Shown here piece after piece: positions 55,316-64,000 of a DNA stretch of 64,000 nucleotides. The DNA lies in NCBI GenBank assembly GCA_951406725.2, contig OX597819.1, forward strand, positions 97,774,001 through 97,838,000, read 5' to 3'. Every line of letters starts with the position of its first letter. Within the stretch, counting starts at the first letter, position 1. The position numbers were made by a program, and so were the translations under genes. The notes beneath the pieces were generated by a model, which was not told where the DNA came from, did not search any database, and saw only the letters and a list, made by a program, of their open reading frames with translations. This stretch comes from Octopus vulgaris (Eukaryota).

Positions 55316-56141
55316 TTGGGTAATTTATTGTGAGTTTAAAAAGGGCTAACGGAGTAAACATCTTATAGAAATTTTGGATCGATGGACCCTAAGGTAGATA
55401 TGTACAGTTATGCTTAATCGATATCTGACATCCCCTGAGGCGCCATGGATGCTGCGAAAGTGTTGATTTGTCTTTCTTTCATGGAAATCCATGAGTGAAG
55501 TGGTAGTAAGTTTAAGGTAGGGCTAGGCAATTGTTTCTGGAAACCAGGTACTGCAGAATTGGTTAAGTTACTGTCTTTGCAACACTGTTGATCAACGATG
55601 ACATACTCCTGTTTTCGCTAAATTCTATATGATATTGTCAATTATATATAGTTTAATGAATATAGGAATTTTACGTGAATTACTCTTTTCGCTGGGTTGA
55701 GTACTTTTATCATTTTTTTCTTTGGTTATTCTATGTGAAAGCGAACAGTTCACTGTATCTGTGTGTGTGTGTGTGTGTGAGTGTGCGTGTATGTGTGTGC
55801 GTGTCCCCTCACCACTTCACAATAGGTGTTGGTTTGTTTGCATTCCCGTAACATATCGGTTCGGCATGAAAAAAACCGATAAAATATTGTCAGACTTAAA
55901 AAAAGTTAGCGCCAAAATAAGTAAATAAGATTAAAAAAGAAAATACTCTCACACAAACAATCACATACACACAGACGCACACACAACCACCCATACACAC
56001 AAATACACACACACATAGATGTACAGACACACACACAAACATACACATGCTCACACACACGAACGTACACGCACACGCACACGCACACAAACGTACACAC
56101 ACATACTCACGCACACGCACACCACGTACACACACACCACT

Positions 56142-56180
<39 letters not shown>

Positions 56181-57744
56181 GCGCACACTCAAAACCGTGC
56201 GTGTTTTTTCCAAATCGAACTTGCAAGCCATTGTCCACTCCATTGGCCAATCAATCCGGAGATTACAATGGAAAAGTCTTGCCCAAGGTACCATAGAGCA
56301 GGATCGAACGTAGAGCCAGATGCGTGGAGAGAGAATTTGTTAGGACAAAGCCGGTCTCATTGGAATGGCGGAAGTGTAATTGTAAAGAATGAACGGTGAT
56401 CACATTCCACGGTGTACATTCCTATAGTACGGAAATGTCTGAAATAGTTCCTTGTGAAATGTTCTGGTCGACTCTTAGATCGATGTATTGCGGTTTAACC
56501 AAGCGACTGGTGACAACATGTACTGGATGGAGAGGTGAATGGATGTATATACCCTGATGACATCGGGTGGCAAACGGGTGCAGTTGGTCCGGAAACTATG
56601 TCGATTGTGATGAAATATTTGTTGTACGTAGATTGTACAGGTGTACGTGTGCGTGTAATTACGCACACATACAAAGTGACAGCACATACACGCACATATA
56701 TACATACCTATATACACAAACACACACACACACACACACAAACACACACAAACATACACATAGACGCACACAGACATGTAATATATAGTATTCCGGCAGC
56801 TATTTAGCTATACGATTATATGTTTGTATACAAGTATATGTGTGAGTGTGTGTGCATGCTAAGTGAATGTGAGTTTGTAAGTAAATAAATAAATAAATAT
56901 ATGTATATGTGTGTATGTATGTATGTATATATTTATGCATATATATATATATATACATGGTGCCCCAGCATGGGCACAGCTCGTGAGCTGAAACTAGATA
57001 AAATAAAATAAAAATTTTTTTAAATATATATATACACGTATATACATATATACACATAAGCACACGCATACATATAAGTATATATACACATATATGCTTA
57101 AGCATGTATATATATATATATATATATTTGTGTGCGTGTATGTATATATACACATATATATATATCCATCTTTGTATATGACACTATATTCACACAAAGA
57201 TGTATCTATAAACCCATCACACATACACATACAGGCATACCCACACGACATAAATACACACATACAAAGGCAAGTACACTCCACCAAGTGATATCCACAC
57301 ACACACACACACGCACACACACACATACACGCACGCATACATTTCTACATGTATTGCACATTATTACATATAATGAACTCAATATGGAAAATGGTCACTG
57401 ACTCGAAAATAATCCCATATGCAGTCACGCATGACACACACACACACTCTCTCTCTCTCACAACACACACACACACATTCTTATTTGATTTGTGACACTC
57501 TGATGAAATGTATAATCGGTTTATAATTTATTTCCCTGTGTGTGTGTGCGCGCGTGCACGTGTGTCTGTGTGTCACGGGTGATGGTATTCTATTCTGTTT
57601 ATATCTCACAAAGATGTATAAATGTTTAGGAATTATATAGCTGTGCGACTAGTATGTGGCTGCATATCTGATCAGTATATCTATTGTTGGAGAACAACTT
57701 ATGCTGCTTGGAACTCCCTCTCTCTCCCACCTCTCTTTCTCTCA

Positions 57745-57781
<37 letters not shown>

Positions 57782-57957
57782 CCTTTCTCTCGACGTATAT
57801 AAATATATATTCTCTTACTTGTTGCGTAGGACGTAAACACACCAACACCGGTAGTCAAGCGGTGGTGTGGGACAAACACAGACACAACGACACACACTCA
57901 GGCACTCATGTGTGGGAATGGGTGTGTGTGAGTGCATGCAAGTGCGTGTATATATAA

Positions 57958-58033
<76 letters not shown>

Positions 58034-58105
58034 CGGGCTTCTTGCTGTTTCCATCTACCAAATCCACTAAAAAGTCTTTTAGTAAACACAAGTCTATGCA
58101 TAAAT

Positions 58106-58176
<71 letters not shown>

Positions 58177-58180
<4 letters not shown>

Positions 58181-58394
58181 AATGTAATATGTGACAATTA
58201 TTCGGTAGCCATGATAAAACTCCGAGTTTCGGATGCCGAGGTGGAAATCCATGCCGCCATCTCTTCAGTTATCCGGCCATGAAAAATCCGATGGCCGGAT
58301 AACTGAAGAGATGGCGGCATGGATTTCCACCTCGGCATCCGAAACTCGGAGTTTTATCATGGCTACCGAATAATTGTCACATATTACATTTACA
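58177..58394. repeat. Perfect inverted repeat (104-bp arms, 10-nt loop) with a hammerhead motif in each arm
   Basis: 58177-58280 is the exact reverse complement of 58291-58394; + strand 58298-58358 GAUAA-CUGAAGA-GAUG...CAUC-C-GAAACU cgg AGU-U-UUAUC. Confidence 0.92.
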
Positions 58395-58499
58395 AATAAA
58401 TTCCTCTATTTACATAATATCGAGGTCTCTTTCTTTCTTTTGTTGTCTTACCATTTTTATCAATATACATACATACATATATATCTCTCTTTCTCTCTT

Positions 58500-58897
58500 T
58501 TCTCTTTTACTTGTTTCAGTCATTTGACTGCGGCCATGCTGGAGCACCGCCTTTAATCGAGCAACTCGACCCCGGGACTTATTCTTTGTAAGCCCAGTAC
58601 TTATTCTATCGGTCTCTTTTTTGCCGAACCGCTAAGTGACGGGGACGTAAACACACCAGCATCGGTTGTCAAGCAATGCTAGGGAAACAAACACAGACAC
58701 ACAAACAAACACATATATATATATACATATATACGACAGGCTTCTTTGAGTTTCCGTCTACCAAATCCACTCACAAGGCATTGGTCGGCCCGGGGCTATA
58801 GCAGAAGACACTTGCCCAAGATGCCACGCAGTGGGACTGAACCCGGAACCATGTGGTTGGTTAGCAAGCTACTTACCACACAGCCACTCCTGCGCCT
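58500..58897 (-). mobile_element. CORE-like SINE family A, full length, young
   Basis: Near identical to 31869-32268. Confidence 0.9.
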
Positions 58898-60140
58898 ATA
58901 TATGTATATATATGTGCATATTTCGCTTAGGTATTGCGAGATTAATAATCCGGTGTAGAACTCAATAAACGTATGTTTCAGAACAAAGTTCTGGCTGCGT
59001 AAAGAGCGGTAGGTAATAAGAAAGAGAAATGACAAAGGAATGATTATTTTACGAACTTCATTAGCCTACAGCTGTTTCTGCCATGGGGTGCAGTAGACTC
59101 ATAGATAAGTGCCTGAGTAACATTCTACAGACTCAAATACACATATAAACACTATATATATTGTTGTTATTTGATCCTTCTCGGGTCACGCCTGGCTCAT
59201 TAGGGCCAGTTTCCCGGTTTCCTTGGCGTATAGGTTCCCCACCTGGACGGGACGCCGATCTGTCGCAAGTGAGCTGCACGATGCAGGAGGAAAGAGTGAG
59301 AGAAAGTTGTGGCGAAAGAGTCAGAAGTGAAAGCTTATGTTAAGTTTGCTTTAAACTGGTGCACTTGCTTTTCTTTCTCTCCGTTGCTTTTGTTCCATGG
59401 CCAGAAACTCATGGTAGAGCAATATTTTTGCAAAGGGGTCATATTGGTATAGTGTGGGGAAGGCTGTAAACGTTGTGTCCTTTGCTCCGCATACTTATTG
59501 TGTTGCAGCTGTTAGTCATTTTCCAAGTAGACAGCAAGATTATGAATGCTTAAGACGAAAAAGTGACTGAGAACTTCATTGTCCCTGATGATATTGGGTA
59601 GCTTCATCGTGACTGTTTCGCTGCGTCAGATCAAACATTGCAGTTTAACACCCCCTTATTGACATATTTCATGGACAAAACTGCAGAACTCAAAACTTAT
59701 GAGGACATAACATCTTGGTCAGGTGTGGGTAGTAATTATTTTGAGTAGCCAATTACATGCTGTCTACCAAATTTTGGAAGCCTCCATCCTCTGATGATGT
59801 TCTGCCCTCTTAACCCGTTTGGGTTTTCTTCACAAATTGTCTCGGAAATTCTTTAGGTACTTTTGTTTTATTTTATACAAGAAGAATTCCTATTGAGAGC
59901 ATTGTAGGTGTCCCGTTTCATTTAGATTTTGATAATACTGAAGAGCATTTTATTGTTGCCAGAGTCCGGAATTTCTCCTGATATGATTGAATCAATTTGA
60001 TTTAAGTGAGTTTTATTTGTGAAAAATATCAAAATACTTTTACGTCGCCAACACTCTTTTTGTCATTCTATAGTTTACTTATGACACTTCATTGATCTGT
60101 ATATAGGACATTTAGTGATAAAATACCACTTTTTCCTCAG

Positions 60141-60245
60141 TTTCAAGTTGAGAAACCTGGTTATAAGATCACACCTGTGGCCGAAAAAGATCTCTCGAGA
60201 TCCTTTCCAGTTGAAGCTGCAGATGAAAATAATGAAGAGCTCTGG
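60141..60245 (+). other. Candidate 105-nt exon (unidentified)
   Basis: Acceptor ctttttcctcag, donor G|gtaagt, open frame FQVEKPGYKITPVAEKDLSRSFPVEAADENNEELW; no recognised homology. Confidence 0.3.
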
Positions 60246-60616
60246 GTAAGTTCATGGTATTACACATTGTATTCATATGTGCATGTACTGAAATCTGCCA
60301 ACTAAATTTGAGAGAAGAATGCGAAGCTGACCAAGCTTTCTTCCAGCTACATCGTTATTAAATACATCTTGCAAATGCATGAAAAAAATTTTTTTTTTTT
60401 TATGAGCTATAATGTAGCACAACGTCTCGGGTTTCATTTTAGCAAACATGACGAAGAAAGTCTGACTTCGATACAGGTACCTGGATCTATTCTTTGGAAC
60501 TATGAAGTTGTAGACATAGAAATCCACACACGAGATAGATTTTTATGAATTTGAGTCAGCCTGTGGAAGCCATTTTGACCTACCTACTTACCTACATATC
60601 TACATACCAACCTACA

Positions 60617-60705
<89 letters not shown>

Positions 60706-60792
60706 GCATATATCTAAATATGTATACATATCTATATCTATGTGTGTGTATATGTGTGTGTATGTGTGTATGTGTGTATATATGTATATGTA

Positions 60793-60835
<43 letters not shown>

Positions 60836-61004
60836 GTATATGTATATGTATTATATATATACACAGATAGATAGATGTACATGCATACATATACACACAT
60901 ACACATACACATACATAGACATACATATACACACATGCACATACATAGACATACATCTATACACGCACACGTGTAAAAATAGATAGGCAGCTAGATATGG
61001 CTAT

Positions 61005-61168
61005 GTAGATGAAAATAATGTCGATGATGATGATGATGATCACGATGATGATAATGATGATGATGTTGATGATGATGATGATGACGATGATGATGTTGTT
61101 GACGGCGATTGCAATCGTTGACATTGCTATCGTCGTTGAGATTACTCCATCCCATCCTCATCCTTCTC

Positions 61169-61246
<78 letters not shown>

Positions 61247-61293
61247 GTCGTCGTCGTCGTCGCCGCCGTCGTCGTCGTCGCCGCCGTCGTCGT

Positions 61294-61334
<41 letters not shown>

Positions 61335-61425
61335 TCGTGGTCATCGTCATCATCATCGCCACCACCAACAACAACACCACTACCGGTGTCACATCACTAT
61401 AATGATCCTTATCGTCATCGTTTAG
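61005..61425. repeat. Compound trinucleotide microsatellite (GAT)n-(CAT)n-(CGT/CGC)n
   Basis: Read directly; source of the poly-M/H/R/V/S ORFs in the track. Confidence 0.9.
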
Positions 61426-61736
61426 GTCGCCATGGTGACGTGTAAGTGACAACATACTGTTTAAGTACATTCAAAGCGTTCGAGCTGAAGCGATTTTCAT
61501 TGAAAACGCACAACTAGGGTACCTTATCTGCTTCATTAAATATGTCAGGTGTTGTGGAGGTCATTTAGTACAACACTTCTTCCTAGAATTTACTCGATAT
61601 ATGTGCGTATACGTGTTACACACACACACACACATACACACACATACACACACGCACGCACATGCACACACATATATGTATAAACATATATTGCATGCAC
61701 AGGTACATAAATCTCCTTCTCTATTTACCTATCTAT

Positions 61737-61785
<49 letters not shown>

Positions 61786-61851
61786 ACATATATCTACCTA
61801 TCTATTACATATATATATATATATGTATATATATATATGTATACATATATG

Positions 61852-61938
<87 letters not shown>

Positions 61939-62000
61939 CATACATATATGTATACATATATATATATACATATGTATATATATATATATACATATATATA

Positions 62001-62430
62001 TTTATTCTTTTACTCTTTTATATGTTTCAAACATGAGGCTGCGGCCATGCTGGGGTACCGCCATTGTAATCACCTTTTAATTGGCTAATTCTATGGGATT
62101 TTTGGTGAAGGAGCGAGTTCGATACCACTGCCTTCTTTTGAGTTTCCTGCCTCGATATTGGTTCATCTGGGATCTTGGGTAACAAAAGCTCAAGTTCTTT
62201 CTTGGAAATATCTACTACCTCTCCATGGAGATCCCTCAGATGTTTTGGCAAAGAGTTAAATAGCTGTGGGCCCTTGAATCCCAGGTTGTTGCAGTACATG
62301 GTCCTAGCCTTAGATGAGACAGCTGAGACTCTTGGAATAGTGCAGTGACGTCCATTTCGAGTTCTGGTATAACCTTCAATTCCAAAGTTTGGTGCCAACC
62401 CCTCCAGTGTCTTCCACATATATATTGCTG
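62001..62430 (-). mobile_element. CR1-clade LINE 3' end (ORF2 C-terminus and 3' UTR with short-repeat tail)
   Basis: AIYMWKTLEGLAPNFGI...RNGRHC...GFKGPQLFNSLPKHLRDL...IPDEP; overlaps the YIWKI end of the 1-1049 fragment; tail ggcggtaccccagcatggccgcagc...gaaacatataaaagagtaaaagaataaa. Confidence 0.85.
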
Positions 62431-63106
62431 GCGTTAGCTCCTACACGCATTTTTTTCTCTCCTTGTTTCTCTCCTTGTTTTTTTTTTTGTGCATCTTTCT
62501 GTCGAAGAGCGTAGGCTCGAAACGTAAAAAACTTTTTCTATTTCTATTCCTGAGCGCTATACTAATACTTTTGTTTGTTTGTACTCCACCTGCCTTCGTA
62601 TTTTGTTTATTTTCGTAAACTTTCCCGTTATATATATATAAATGCTATCGTTTCCTTGTTCAGTCTTGAGGCTGCGGCTATGCTGGGCACCGCCTTGAAG
62701 TGTATAGAGTAGAAAAATCGATCGCAGTACCTATTTGTTAAGCCTGGTGCTTAGTCTATCGGTCACATTTTCCCGAACCGTTGTCTTACGAGGACTTAAA
62801 CAAACCAACACCGGTTTTCAAAGACACGCACATATACCTACAATTATGCATATACATATACATACATATAAACATATATACATACATATATACATACATA
62901 TATGCATACATACATGCATACATATAAACATACATACATACATACATACACAAATACATACATACATACATACATACAGATGAGCACATATGTGAAGAAA
63001 CAAGGTGGAAAAAATAATACTCGAATACTAAAGGTAAAGTAACATACTTTTTATTAAAGCTGCAAAATTATCCCAGAACTGTTACAGCTCCGTTGTAGGT
63101 TTGCAG

Positions 63107-63157
<51 letters not shown>

Positions 63158-63161
<4 letters not shown>

Positions 63162-63381
63162 CTTTCTTTACTACCCTCAAGGGGCTACACACAGGGGGGA
63201 CAAATAAGGACAGACAAACGGATTACGTCGACCCCAGTGCGTAACTGGTACTTAATTTATCGACCCCCAAAGGATGAAAGGCAAAGTCGACCTCGGCGGA
63301 ATTTGAACTCAGAACGTAACGGCAGACGAAATACAGCCACGCATTTCGCCCAACGTGCTAACGTTTCTGCCAGCTCGCCGC
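63158..63381 (-). mobile_element. Meta-domain SINE, full length, tail variant A
   Basis: Minus: cggcgagctggcagaaacgttagc...gagttcaaattccgccgaggtcgactttgcctttcatcctttgggggtcgataaattaagtacc...ggtagtaaagaaagaaa(TA)n. Confidence 0.85.
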
Positions 63382-63778
63382 TGGTTGGGAAGAAATACGC
63401 TTGGTTGCGAAGAAAACATTTTAGTACACGGCTACACCTGCACAAACCTGAACATATTTGTATGTAATGGGGATGTTTATTGGTAGATGATTGGACAAAA
63501 TGTAACTTTAAATTAATCAGTAAAGCTGGACAGAAAAACGAAAAACATAATTACTGTATTAAAAAGACACCATCCTGGACATTTGTTGACATTGAATAAA
63601 TATATTTAGTAAGACTACAGGGACATAGGGAACTTCTGCAAAGAGAGATCCGTTATAAAATATCGTCTATAAGATTACCGATTGTACCTGTTTCCAATAG
63701 GAAAGAAAGAAAAGCGACCACAAGCACAATGTATTTCCCTATGCCGAACCAGGAATCTCCGTCCGTTATTGGTTTTTA

Positions 63779-63970
63779 CAAAGAAGTGCTGAAAAGTTCC
63801 TGGCTTTAAAGATGTCGCGAAAGGCCTAGTTGGTGGCCCAAACTTTCGAGTTCTTTTAAGGGGATTAGAAGAACTGAAGGACCGCTGCAATAAGTGTGTG
63901 AATCTGAGAGGGCAATATGTTGAATAAAATAATAATTAATCCAAAGACAGAATCTTTTCAGACTCCCTTG
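63779..63970 (+). mobile_element. Mariner-derived MITE retaining the transposase C-terminus
   Basis: TA-caaagaagtgctgaaaagttcctggct ... agacagaatcttttcagactcccttg-TA; KGLEELKDRCNKCVNLRGQYVE*. Confidence 0.7.
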
Positions 63971-64000
63971 TAGGTCCTCGGTTTCATACTGTGGTTTCAT

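Noticed and set aside
55719-55740. miR-9-like TCTTTGGTTAT
   Set aside because: Match stops after 11 nt and there is no precursor hairpin.
56550-56606. CUGAUGA...GAAAC UAU GUC hammerhead candidate (also weak ones near 27315, 43341, 55432, 59067)
   Set aside because: Stem I and/or stem II do not pair, or core nucleotides are missing; may be chance matches or heavily decayed.

Overview
AT-rich eukaryotic (animal) DNA, saturated with microsatellites and almost entirely transposon-derived. The SINE and microsatellite repertoire strongly resembles an octopus (coleoid cephalopod) genome; this is recognition from memory, not a database result. No host protein-coding gene can be confidently identified, and nearly all ORFs in the track are microsatellite translations. 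Recognisable content: CR1-clade LINE pieces (RT at 1-1049, 3' end at 62.0-62.4 kb), a full-length decayed DD34D mariner (7598-8886), a Gypsy/mariner/Penelope pile-up (14.0-17.6 kb), an R4/Dong-type RLE LINE lying in an (AAT)n tract (53.2-55.2 kb), several Tc1/mariner relics and MITEs, and many copies of tRNA-derived SINEs with CORE-, Meta- and V-like domains. The most interesting unannotated signal is a dense set of about ten type I hammerhead-ribozyme motifs with palindromic (dimer-type) stem III, from several sequence families. Some lie in fold-back inverted repeats, including a perfect palindrome with 104-bp arms at 58177-58394, and some in ~340-bp units bounded by direct repeats (retrozyme-like or Penelope pLTR-like). 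Other notable items are a 3' stem-loop shared between the CR1 LINE and the commonest SINE, a templated capture of nearby DNA inside a mariner relic, bipartite RTE derivatives, and two candidate micro-exons.
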